From positions 23,560,001-23,624,000 of the forward strand of contig OZ249440.1 in the NCBI GenBank assembly GCA_965235115.1: a DNA stretch of 64,000 nt. The letters run 5' to 3'. Below the pieces are notes generated by a model. That model did not search any database and was not told the DNA's origin. It worked only from the letters and a program-made list of their open reading frames with translations. The position numbers were made by a program, and so were the translations under genes. The DNA comes from Laetmonice hystrix (taxonomy: Eukaryota). The first letter of the stretch is position 1; each line of letters starts with the position of its first letter. Shown piece by piece: positions 41,900 through 54,373 of the stretch.

Positions 41900-43760
41900 C
41901 CCACGGGAGTATGTTTCACACAGTCTCAGACAATGGGAAGACAAGACAAGCAATGCTTGCTAATGAGTCAATGTATCCTGAACATTGTCTACTTTTGTCC
42001 TCAACTGTACGTACAAAATGCGTCTTCTCGGGTGTCACTGAAGCCCGTTTAACGCCCGTCATTGTTGGTGAATTATTTTTTAATTGCTGTTTAATTCAGT
42101 GCAGTTGTTGGGGTGTGTTTTGTCAGGAGGCCTACCCAGGGAGACTAGGTGTGACCGTGGCCGCGTTTTGAAAGGCAATGTTCCATGGGCCGTCAGATCC
42201 AAGTCTGACACTGGGAGATTTTACAGAGCAGATCTTACTGACAGCTTGTTTTAGGGGAATCTTTTCGCTGCTCCCAGGCAAGGTGCTGCTGGTGGGGGGG
42301 GGGGGTGGACCCACCCCCCCCCCCCCGATCCTAGGCACGTGGCGGGCGGGTAGAGTTTGAAGGCAGTGTTCTTGACGAACTGCACGCCACAAGTCAGTGC
42401 AGGCACGTGACACGTGTCGTGCTCCGCTGGCCTGCAGCCGAGGACGGCATACACCTTGCCTTAATCATTTTGACAGCCTTTCACTCCGCTGCCAATGCCT
42501 TTCATTTGTCTAAGGCATTATAAGCCTTGCGTGTTTACAAATTGCGGACCATGCAAAGTCGGAGCAAATCCTGGCTTGCTGCGGCTGAATGAGAGGGTGT
42601 GAAAAGTCGTCCGGGGGAAGTCTGTCGCGGGAATGTCGGGAACTCCCCAGGGCGGGCGATAATCAGGGACAAAGCCAGGTCCCGTCACGGGGTGCGCTTG
42701 GTGTGTGGACAAATGCCATGAAATGTACATGAAATGTACATGGGTGAGTACGGAGATGACAGGGCGGGGGTGAGGTGACGGGCGGGCGGTCCCCGCAGGG
42801 AGGGCCGACTGGCGGCGCCCGGACTCAGCCAGTCTGGTGACGGATGGTCGCCACTCGGCCCTCAGTCCTGTCACTGCCCGACCTCAGGTGACGTAGTCCG
42901 CCCTAGGGGATGGCTGGGATATCGGAGGGTGTTTACGTGTGAACCCCTCCGCCTCTCTTGTAAATTTTCTATAGGTGAAATATGCAGTTGCGATTGTCTA
43001 ACATCGGCCCATCCATCATAATAGGTCTGCTGCAGTGTCAGTGGGCTCAATGTTTGCAAACATTCTCAATCCATTCTCTATAGGTGTGCACATTCTGTAG
43101 TCCTAGCATTCTCTATAGGTGTGCACATTCTCTATAGGTGTGCACATTCTGTAGTCCTAACATTCTCTATAGGTGTACACATTCTCTATAGGTGTGCACA
43201 TTCTGTAGTCCTAACAATCTCTATAGGTGTGCACATTCTCTATAGGTGTGCACATTCTGTAGTCTTAACATTCTCTATAGGTGTGCACATTCTGAAGTCC
43301 TAACATTCCGTTACGTCAGTGTCATTCTAACGACATTCTTTCTTCCTTGTCATGCCAATCTTGCTGACGAACCAGTAGGCCATGCGGACCGGGTGCGAAC
43401 AATCAGTTTGACTCAGCCGTATGTCAGTTAGTAGTAGATGGAAATGTCACGTTGTATCAGGCAACGCCTTGAAACGGTTTGCGACTACTTGAGGAATCCT
43501 GTCGGACTCCACAACAAGTATCTTCAAACGGCACAGAAAACAGGTGGAGACTATTTTGTCGGGATATTTTTTTCATATGAAAACGCAGGTCAAATTCGAC
43601 CTTTTGATTTAATGATGCGGGTTCCTTTTTGAATATTTCTTTTGGGATACACACAATTAAGTGCAGTGTTCAAGGTAATGTGTCGCAGATCAAGTTGTGC
43701 CTCAGTCAACCAGTTCTTGCATCAACACATCCTTGGTTAAAAGCTCTTAGCACACTTTAG
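41900..43760 (-). mobile_element. Possible highly degenerate retroviral-type (Gypsy/Ginger-like) integrase remnants
   Basis: Broken minus-strand frames give IVSTCFLCR...LPDTT*HFHLLLTDI (CxxC at 43531-43542), QQTYYDGWADV, HGPQFVN and AE*KAVKMIK. These loosely echo integrase motifs, but spacing and frames are inconsistent. Confidence 0.22.
43072..43308. repeat. Composite satellite of a 19-bp unit (CATTCTCTATAGGTGTGCA) and a 16-bp unit (CATTCTGTAGTCCTAA), giving a 54-bp higher-order period
   Basis: Unit order A B A A B A A B A A B A B. Confidence 0.93.
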
Positions 43761-44751
43761 GTTTTACTGGATTTTTTAATACTAAAACGATACAATTGAA
43801 ATGTAACATGCCCAGTTTCCATTGTCTTTCGGTTATTTTGGTATTCTGCTTCAAATGTCAAAGGAAATGGGAAACTGCTATGACGATTATAAAGAAGAGA
43901 GAAAATATATTCGGCTCGAGTTAACACGCTGGTTGGCTGGTGGATGTTTTAAGGTGGAATGGCGATGCCGATGATGTCTGTAATGCCTGTCCATTTGCGC
44001 GTCACATGTGGCTATTTGGCTGCATAGAGGAGCACTCATTGCTGCATTATTGACGGCTATCCCATTTGGCCAGAGGCGAGCAGGTCCTGCGGGACGTCGC
44101 TGGGCCAGCCGCTGGGCCGCCCGACCCGGGCCCGGTAAACACCCAGATCAGCATTGGATCACGATCCACGATCCGCGATCAAAGGCGGACATGGTGTGCC
44201 GACAGGTAGGAGGTAGGCTGAGGGCTTGATGTGACGTGGGGCCGGTTAGTACGTCAGTCGGCGCTCACAGCAGCGCCATCTGACGGATGGTCCGGCGGAT
44301 GTTGGCCGACTGACCATCAGGCCATGCGCCGACCCCGCCCGGAGAGAGGACATCCTGTGGTTGCGCCACCTGTCGGTCACTATGAGTGTTACCATCCGTC
44401 TATAGGACTGCCTGTTGAACCCACACCTGGCCCGGCCGAGGTCTCCATTAGGGAGGCACCCTGCCCCCTAGCGGCCGGCAGGTGGAGCCCCGGCGGGGGT
44501 CAAGGCCGTGCCCCGGCCGTGTATGGAGGCCCTCAGAGAGCCCGGATTAAGCCGCCCGCCACGTTAAGGAGACGCTAGCCTGACGCCGACCTACTGAGAC
44601 TGGTTGCGGCATTAAGGATCGGAGTGTTCTCAGGGCTGAGGTCTGACCAGACGGTCCGTTCACCCGTACGGGTGTCAGAACACGCCGGGAGACAAGTCGT
44701 TATAACACGGCCAGTACAGCCCTGTGACTCGCGCCTGCTAGCCCTGGTCCA

Positions 44752-44905
44752 GCCCTGGCCCTGGCCTGGCCCTGGCCCGGCCCTGGCCCGGCCCTGGTCC
44801 AGCCTGGCCCTGGCCCGGCCCTGGCCCAGCCCGGCCCCAGCCCTGGCCCGGCCCTGGCCCAGCCCTGCCCCAGCCCTACCCCAGCCCTGGCCCAGCCCTG
44901 GCCCA
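44752..44905. repeat. CCTGG/CCCGG/CCAGC pentamer-type GC-rich repeat
   Basis: Visible array. Confidence 0.9.
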
Positions 44906-45870
44906 GCAGCCGGCCATTCGGATGGTAATGACGAGGCAGACGCTAGGGTCACGTGGACGCGGCAAACGACGTGTAGGGTCGTCTCCCTCGGTGATATTTG
45001 ATTAAGACGCCTCCTGCCTCGGAAACAGGCTCACAATAACGAACTGTCCGCCGACCTCATACATGTTTAAACGTCTTGAATCATATAGTAGAGTCTGTGG
45101 CCGACCGTGAGAGGCGGGTAACGAATGACTCGCCTGTTGAGAACTCTTTGACGCCCTGATACAGTGATCCTGGACGTCGACGTCACTTTCTGAACATCAA
45201 TAAGTTTGTGACGTCACAGCATGATCTGTGACGTCATGGTCAATCATTCTAACTTTTAACTCCATATACTCACAGCTACATCATTGGTCACCACCTCCCA
45301 CATTCCACGGCCAGCCATTACATCTCAATTTCTGACCCTCTAAACGTATTACAAAGATCAATGGAAAATAAATGCCTACAGAAAGGATCTTTCTTGTCCT
45401 AATTGATTGCAGTAAACGCATGGCAAGAGGATGAAAGGAGGTGACGGAAGAAAGATTGTCCCCGGGGGTATGTTACCCCACGTCCCGGCCCGTTCTAAAA
45501 CCATACCTCAGACCGGGATCTCTCAACCGGGGTATCCACCCTCCCCCCTAATTTAATGACGGTCATTCCCTCTGGAGGACCCTATAATGTTCCGGCAGGC
45601 AGGTATGCCTCCGTATATGTGGTTGTATATAACTCTTCATATAGATTGAGTCTTCATAGGGACAATGGTCGAACCATGACGGAAAAGAAAAACACGGCAT
45701 TCTATCAAAGATATCGTATCCGGCCTTTAACCAATAGGTATATGTTTCCACAGGATAAACGCCAGGGCCAGAGGAAGGATCCAATTTGTCTGTTCTTGTT
45801 AACGGGTCGCAGCCTGCGGGGATATTAGGATCCTTCATAATAATCCTCGTTAAAAAAAGCGTAAGGGAGA

Positions 45871-46204
45871 CGGTCAGAGGTCAGGAGGTCAAGGTCAATG
45901 CCGTCACGGCACGTGACGTTACCATCTGCCCGCCGTCCTACCACGTGGTCACCTTGAGGCGCGCTCCGTTCCCATGGGAACGACCTTGTCTAAGATGTGC
46001 CGAACGCCGCAGGATCACGTGGCCAAGTAGCTACATGATGTATCCTTGCGCCGTTAAAGATGCGCAATTAGGTTATCGGCCTTGGCGACTTTTCTGGTCG
46101 GTGTATTCCCCGCGAGGGACCGACGGGTCTGTGATCTGCAGGCCGGCGGACGGCGGCGATGGCAGCGCCCTCTCTCGGGACGCAGGCGCGGGGGTCAAGG
46201 GTCA
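45871..46204. promoter_or_regulatory. Candidate intronic enhancer (nuclear-receptor direct repeats, COE palindrome, E-boxes)
   Basis: AGGTCA x3 at 45878, 45886 and 45892. CACGTG at 45910, 45942 and 46016. CGTTCCCATGGGAACG at 45967-45982. GGGTCA-A-GGGTCA at 46192-46204. Confidence 0.5.
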
Positions 46205-46674
46205 CCCCCACGTGACCACTACCCGGGTCGGCCGACGGCCAAGACTTGTCTCTGCGGCCCCCTGCACTACTCCCTCGCCACGCCGACACACCGTCCTTGG
46301 CAACCTTTAAACGTGAACCTCCTTCATCAAACGGTGAATGGGATCGGACGTGACGACTCCCAGTATAGTCATGGAGTAAAAGGTTCCGGTAGAGGACGGC
46401 ATACATGGGGTTCTTTCAACGTCCACTCAATAGGACATCGGTAATTATTGGTCAACTGTAATTTGAACTAATTTTGGACCTCTTCGTGAATGCGGTTTAA
46501 TGGTTATGTCAGGGGGCAGGGGCATAGCCTGTAGTGTTGAAACTATGGGGGTTCAATAAGTGAGGTCTTATAAGCCGTTATAATACTTTTTGGGTCGAAA
46601 AGGGCTTTGGGGGAATAAACATGTGTACTTGCATATTGATAGCTATCTGTAACAAGAAATAACAAGATTCCCTG

Positions 46675-47457
46675 CTATGAACCCATGGCTGGGTATGGCT
46701 GGGTATGAACCCATGGCTGGGTATGAACCCATGGCTGGTATGAACCCATGGCTGGGTATGAACCCATGGCTGGGTATGAACCCATGGCTGGGTGTGGCTG
46801 GATATGAACCCATGGCTGGGTATGAACCCATGGCTGGGTATGAACCCATGGCTGGGTATGAACCCATGGCTGGGTATGAACCCATGGCTGGGTATGAACC
46901 CATGGCTGGGTATGAACCCATGGCTGGGTATGAACCCATGGCTGGGTATGAACCCATGGCTGGGTATGAACCCATGGCTGGTATGAACCCATGGCTGGGT
47001 ATGAACCCATGGCTGGGTATGAACCCATGGCTGGGTATGAACCCATGGCTGGGTATGAACCCATGGCTGGTATGAACCCATGGCTGGGTATGAACCCATG
47101 GCTGGGTATGAACCCATGGCTGGGTATGAACCCATGGCTGGGTATGAACCCATGGCTGGGTATGAACCCATGGCTGGGTATGAACCCATGGCTGGTATGA
47201 ACCCATGGCTGGGTATGAACCCATGGCTGGTATGAACCCATGGCTGGGTATGAACCCATGGCTGGGTATAAATCCATGGCTGGGTATGAACCCATGGCTG
47301 GTATGAACCCATGGCTGGGTATGAACCCATGGCTGGGTATGAACCCATGGCTGGGTATGAACCCATGGCTGGTATGAACCCATGGCTGGGTATGAACCCA
47401 TGGCTGGGTATGAACCCATGGCTGGGTATGAACCCATGGCTGGGTATGAACCCATGA
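46675..47457. repeat. 18/17-bp minisatellite TATGAACCCATGGCTGG(G), ~44 copies
   Basis: Highly homogeneous array. It explains the MGSYPA/QPWVHT/GYEPMA ORFs. Confidence 0.98.
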
Positions 47458-50400
47458 CTGTGTATGTTGTCTGTTTGTTCAGCGCGACCGGCCGACCCAG
47501 ACCCCCGCCAGCATCATTACCCACCCTTCAGTTGAAGTAGGCGCGTGTTAAGCCCTTAAAATACTCCGGAGTTAAGCACGCTTAAGAAGGGCAATGCAGC
47601 TTTAAGGCGGGATATGACTGCTTAAGTTGGGATTGTTATTAAGACCCTTTTATTAAAGAGGTAACATCAATCATCATATCGGAGCAGATGAAACAAACGG
47701 AGCTCGCAAAGAGAGGAAGCGGATTCAGCGCTGCTCCGTTATTGACCCACCTTTCTCTCGTCAAAGCCGGCCCCATGTAGTAGATCGTTGTAGGGTTCCG
47801 TTTTTTACCCCTCCATAGCTACCAGTGGAACGCTTACCTCTGCTGGAGAGGAAAGGGGGAGAGGGCGGTGGGACCTGCTGGCGGTGAAAATACTCAAGGG
47901 GGTCGGGGGAGGGAGAAAAAAGTCGGCAAGGCCGACCGAGTGCGAGGCCGGAGGATGAAGTCTTTACGCCATCAATCAGGTGCCCTTAATCCCGCCCCGT
48001 GTGCCTTAAGTCGCTTACATAAATGAGACCTGTGTACGTTAGCATGGCAACAAGGGGATGGATTGGGGGGAGGGGAGGCGTGGGAACATGCGAGGGGGTT
48101 GTTGATGACCGGTAAAACACGACACGAGGCGTGGAACTGGTACAGGACGCTCATTTACCTGACATGGGGCACACGGTACATGGCGTGTAGATCACACTCC
48201 ACCCTCGTACCAACCATGGGTTTACTAACACCAACCATGGGTTTACTAACACACACACACCCCGCCATCTCCGCTACCCTGTTCTTAATTACAAAACAAA
48301 CAGTTGGACTGAATGAAAGATGCAGTAAGGCACCAAGAGACGCAGGGAATAACTTGTCGTATACATGATGACTTACCTGGTTAATCTCAGGTGGTTAATC
48401 CCAGGTAAAGACCTGTCGGACACCTCCCTGGGGGATGACATGATTAAAGGATTCTGTGTCCACCAGGTCCACCATCACTGACGGCTGTCGTATAGATACA
48501 CGCTATACCTCACCCGCCGGGCCCACTAATTTACCGCTGAGTTCTCTCCTTTATCTGCAGCTGGGGTTGAAACGACTAGCCTTCAAATAGAATACCAATT
48601 TCATTAACTCGTGCGTTGATTGGATAATAACAGACTTCCGTCTAATACACATACACGGGTCGGTGTATTAATCCGACCCCGGAGGATGGCACGGTCGATG
48701 GTCGGTGGAACCCAGCCGTGTTTAATTCATGTTCGCTTTATTTTGGATCGGTTGGGGTTATCAAGTTATTCTTTCACGGTTTCATTGTTCATTATGGCGG
48801 GTATTGTTTGTCATTGGAGGCCAGGCGGTGTTTATCAGTACCTAATAGAAGAAGTCGGTCCGGAGTGTTTACTCAACCTATCGCATATTCATATCATCTC
48901 ACACCTCGACACAATGAAAAACCCCAGACACTTTAATCATTTTGATAGAATCTTGCATATGCATGATATACTGTTATAAAATTGAAATCACCATCTGGCA
49001 TTTGCATTAACGGATGGCTATCAACCCGTCCACGTTTCGTCACCCGACCACGACAGAGATATTCGCAACTCCAAACTGCTAGAATTTTGCATACATTTGA
49101 ACAATCGGGCGAATTGCACCATTAGGTGATGCAAATGGCCGTCATTTGCAATGGAGATTCCGACATGTCGTAGTCGGTTCTTCATTCGGTACGTTAATCT
49201 AGAAAAGGCTGGCGAATTCACTTGTCACATGGCTGGGGTGTAGACCTGAGGAGGGTGTGTGGTGGTGGTGGTGGTGGGGTGGATGGGAACCTGCGAGGGG
49301 TGGGGTGATGACAGTTGTTGGGGCAGACACAGGGCCATGGGGTGTAGGCGGCTGTGAGACGGTGCGCCCGCGAGGAGGGGCAGGGGTTAGCAATACCCCC
49401 AATAAAAATGCAAACTAGGGGTAGTGGGTAGGCTTTGTGGGGCAGCGTCCACGGTTTGAAGTCACAGTAGGGGCGGATGGTGATGGTGGCGGGACGACGG
49501 TCGGACGGTCGGTCGGATGGTGGGTCTGATGGTGGCGTCAGGGCCGAGCAGATGGTACGGGCGGACACCTCGCTAACTGACTCCTCGCTCACAAAGACAC
49601 ATCAAGGAGAGCGTCAGACAATACGTGCTCATCCCGGCTCTAGGGGACAGACTGTCATGAAACCATCTCTCCTCAACATTCACATCTGACCAGTCATTTA
49701 TCAGCTCGGACGACTGTTTCAATATCCCACTGGATGGTACCCGTCCCACACATACCACAGTCTGATCAGAGACAAGCCTCCTAACTTCAACCATCAGTGA
49801 TAAACAGAATATAAGAAACAGCAAGCATTAACCAAAGACTGCCTTATACATTGGTATGAAAGATGAAACAAAACTACAGCCTGATTTTTTTTTATGCCAA
49901 TCTTTATTCATTTCATAAGTGACGATTGTCCCCCTGATCCAGGCCAGCCAGAGGTAGCGCCACAACGAGCTGATGCCCTTTCGGCTCATTTTCATAGGAT
50001 GCTAATATTAGCCGTATGAACTGCTTATTAAATTACAAGTGGCAGTAAACGAGTTCAATGTACTGCTCAAATACATAAATATTTAACATTGTGACCGGCC
50101 CTGCAATAATCCGTTTGAATCCCCATCTCGTAAGTTATTGTAGCTGTATCCCCTACGGGCGGAAATACGTGACATCTATTGAAGAAATACAATGCGTGCC
50201 ACCATCAAAGCTATGAAATGTTAGTACATACACAGACCGCCCTGTGTGTAATCAGAGCAGGCTGGCCGCCGCCAATATTTCCATTATGGAATCGTAGAAA
50301 GTATCCGTGGCCAGCCAGTGTTATGTATCCAGCGTTCTGTGTATAATTACATACACAGGAACTCCACGCCATCTTTCCGCTGCCCAGCTCGGGATCGTTG

Positions 50401-53400
50401 AACAAAAGACGTCAGTGTAATTTGGCCCCGGGCAGCGCGGTCTGAAGTCACCATGCCGAGCCAGTTGTCGGGGATGAGTGAGTATAAGCCGCTTAATCCA
50501 GGCGAGCTCTTGGTCCGAAATGTACACATTTAAAAGGCTACAATGCACTGGTGTTATCATAACACATCCATTGGCGGAGTCCGGGTTGGCTTCTGTAAGT
50601 AGGACATGACAGGTGGCCATTTAATCAGGCACATCCTTAATAACACGCTCAACGTTAATATGTATAGTGAACCGGGTTATCTTCAGTTCCTAAATCTACA
50701 CTTCTCTTATTTAGTCACCAGTCTTATCGGCCTGCTCCAGATTTAGTGATCAATCTGTAACGTTCTTTAAAAAAATGAAATTTTTGAAATTCAAAGGATT
50801 AATCTCCATTTGACTTGGAAACATCTTAGTTATTATATCTGTGGTTATACAAGATTATATTCATGATGTTATGGTTCCGTGCAGAAAGATTTGTTTCCCC
50901 TCGGTGGACCCATACAATTCTCATTACAACGTTCTCCATACCTGTACTAGGCATGCACGCTTTGCCCTTTGTTGTGAGCGTCTGGTAATGAACAATAGGC
51001 TCGCAACTGCATGGATTGATTAGAAATAATTAACTAGACGCAGGTCACGGCGCTGGGGTCAGCTTATTGGTCCGTAATTGGCCCCAAATACACGAGCAGG
51101 GCCACATTAAAGTTGTCAGGAGTGGGTGGAGGGTGGGTTGAGGAGGGTTATCCTAGCCATCGCCGTGCACCCCTCCGTCAGGCGGTGTTATGATAAATCC
51201 ATGGTGACGTACACGCGCGGCGTTTGGTGAGAACAATGACCAGCTACAGACGCCGGATACGTCATGGCGAGCAGACGATCCGTCATGTCGCCGTGGTGGT
51301 ACGACGAACCACACACGTAGCTTCAGTGTCCTTAGATCTCCGCTCGCTTCACTGTCGACGAACGACGTCATCACGTGACGGCATCTCCGGTTGGTAAACT
51401 CTAACCGGAAGTTGTTTAGGGCAGGAACGCTTTTAAAATTAACATGATGTGCGGACAGCGGGTGAAGTTGGCCGGGTCGGGATGATGATGAATGGGTGGA
51501 GATAAATAATGAAGGGCGGGCATCTCTACTGGAAAATAATGATCGAGATTGGCTATCGGAAGGTGTGGACCGCCAAACAGGAACGGCTGAACAGTTAGCG
51601 GAGCCTGTGCTGTGGGAGGCGAGTTTTACGGCCGTGTATTCAGACAAGGGGGCTGTCTGCGGCGTCCATTGTTACAAACCGGGAGCCCAGTGGCGTTTAA
51701 ACACAATGCGCCAACCGGAAAGAGATAAGGACGTCAATTGTCGTCTGCGTCATCGCTTCAACCGAGGCGAGCGCGCCAATTCCCGCCAATTCTCGCTCTC
51801 GCGTGGAACCTCGAGAAACACGTGTCTGTCTCTCCCTAATGGCCGCAGCCATGGCTGTACATTTTCTACGCCAACAGTGCATGGTGTTACCAGTGACAGG
51901 GCTGATGATACAGAACAGGTGCAGGGGACAACAATAACAGCTTATCACAACCCAGAAGGGTTCCTAGATCCAAGGAGGATATTATAGATCAGACGTAGGG
52001 CGTTTATCTATATGGTCTCCCATAAACTGAGACGCTCCTGCCATAAATCAGGTCACTATAATATGATAATGCGATTAGTAAAGTTAATCATTGTAGCCAT
52101 ATTATTTAGAGTTGTCTGAGAAAGGGACAAGGCAGTCACGGATCTACTCTAATGGTTGGTAACAGAAAGTTGCTCACAGCAAATTAATTTCTTTTACTTT
52201 CTCAGCTGCAAAATAATGGTAAAATAATAATAATAAAATAAGGTACGGAGCCTGATTAGGCCTCTACATAGTATTAGTTTATTTAAAGCATAACGATTGT
52301 GTAAACTTGCATATAAACCTAACATGCTGAAAAAAGGTGATCTCTGAGAGAAACGACGGACAGGCGATAAAAAAAATGGGGCTGATAGTATGTGTGTTCC
52401 CCAATGACCAGTTAAGGACGACACCAAGGTGAATAGGGTGGCCACCTCCTCCCGGCCACCGGGGAACAATCAGACCAGCTTATAGCCACCAAGCTCGCAG
52501 ACGTCTGACGGCACTTTTTTAAACGTGGCATTCTTGCTGTTCGGTGAACGCCATCTGAGTAACGTCATTGCCCCCTCGATCCTCGCCTACATACATTCAC
52601 AGGTGGCCCACATATAGAAAATGACTAATATAGCCTACGCGTAGCCTGCAACCTAATCGTATTTTGTCTGTACTACTGGCGTACTGGTTCTAACGTGTCT
52701 ATACCCCTGGCCCGGCGCTCGGCGGTGGGGGGCTACACCTACACCGCCCCGCGTCCCACGGGACCTGGCGTTCCTCTGTCTAATTTGGAAATTGGCGCAA
52801 AATGAAACAAGCCAGGACGACCTCGACCCATGGCCTTTCTGAGGGGCCTGGAGGTTGACGTCTCATTAGATGGCCCGGGCGGGGTTGTGAGGGCTGGCCG
52901 CACCGCCTGCTCCGCCACGCCGGCAATATGCCGCCACTGACCTTAGACACTGCTCCACCATCAATTGTGGGCCAATTTCACCTTGCCCGGCCGCGACTCT
53001 TGCCTTAGACACGGGTGTGTTTAGTACACCAAGCGGTCAGTGAGATGAGGAGTCCCAGGCCGCCATATAGCGGGTACAGGCAGAGAGTGCTGCATGTCTT
53101 ACTGCACCCACTCATCTTCACGATCGATAACATATACGATCACTGGACTTTTTGTGGTGTGTATATGTCAGGATTTATCACAGACTGTAGAGATAAGGTA
53201 CGCTGCTCTACACTCAGATCTACTATTGTACGTATCCGTGTCTCTACGTTATCAGCAGTGATCTCCGTCTATTTCAGTATAAGATGCGCTGTAGACAGAC
53301 ACGGCTGGGGGATAAAGACAGCAGCACTTGAGTCAATAGAGATTATGGCGAGATGATCCGGAATTCACATTATAGTATTAAATAAAACAAGTAGATTGCG

Positions 53401-53954
53401 CGCAGCTAATCACGTAATGTTGGTAATGGCCGGCTTAATACCATAAACGCTGCACGTGCTCCACGAACCACGCACCACCCCTGGCATACACCCCCACCAC
53501 CACCACCACCACCACCACCACCCCGTGCACCACCCCACCACTCCGATCACTCCCACCCCGCCGGCGTTTCTCTCTCGGCGTAACGTAGCACAATGGACGC
53601 CGGACGCGAGGAGCGTTCTCTAATTAGTAAATTATAGAATAATAACGCCAATAACAGTTAATTTTGGGGGGCGCTCGGTGACCGATAGCAGGAAGCGCCC
53701 CCGGCGGTGGTCGCGCCAACTAACGTAGCAGATCCGGCCCCTCAGTACTGGACCAGGTGATAAAGCCAAGTACCTCGCAATCAAGGAATGATTGGATAAT
53801 AATAACAAGCTAATAAACGTAATGGATTGGATGTGTGCCTCCACCAGACACACGTAGGAAGCCATGGCCAGCATGCATGCACGCACGCAGACGCGCTGAG
53901 CGTGCATGCGTGTACCGTACCGACCTGGATGATCCTTGATCACTATACTGGAGT

Positions 53955-54373
53955 GGACGTTGGTCTCCCCATCCGGACGTTGGCCTCCCCATCCTGACGT
54001 TGGCCTCCCCATCTTAACGTTGGCCTCCCCATCCTGACGTTGGCCTCCCCATCCTGACGTTGGTCTCCCCATCCTGACGTTGGTCTCCCTATCCTGACGT
54101 TGGTCTCCCCATCCTGACGTTGGTCTCCCCATCCTGACGTTGGTCTCCCTATCCTGACGTTGGCCTCCCCATCTTAACGTTGGCCTCCCCATCCTGACGT
54201 TGGTCTCCCCATCCTGACGTTGGTCTCCCTATCCTGACGTTGGTCTCCCCATCCTGACGTTGGTCTCCCCATCCTGACGTTGGTCCCCCATCCTGACGTT
54301 GGTCTCCCCATCCTGACGTTGGTCCCCCCATCCTGACGTTGGTCTCCCCATCCTGACGTTGGTCTCCCCATCC
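53955..54373. repeat. 20/19-bp minisatellite ATCCTGACGTTGGTCTCCCC, ~21 copies
   Basis: Visible array. Confidence 0.97.

Noticed and set aside
46578-47524. 262-293 aa repetitive ORFs (MGSYPA/QPWVHT/GYEPMA)
   Set aside because: Open in several frames on both strands, with frame rotation at 17-bp units. This is a minisatellite artefact.
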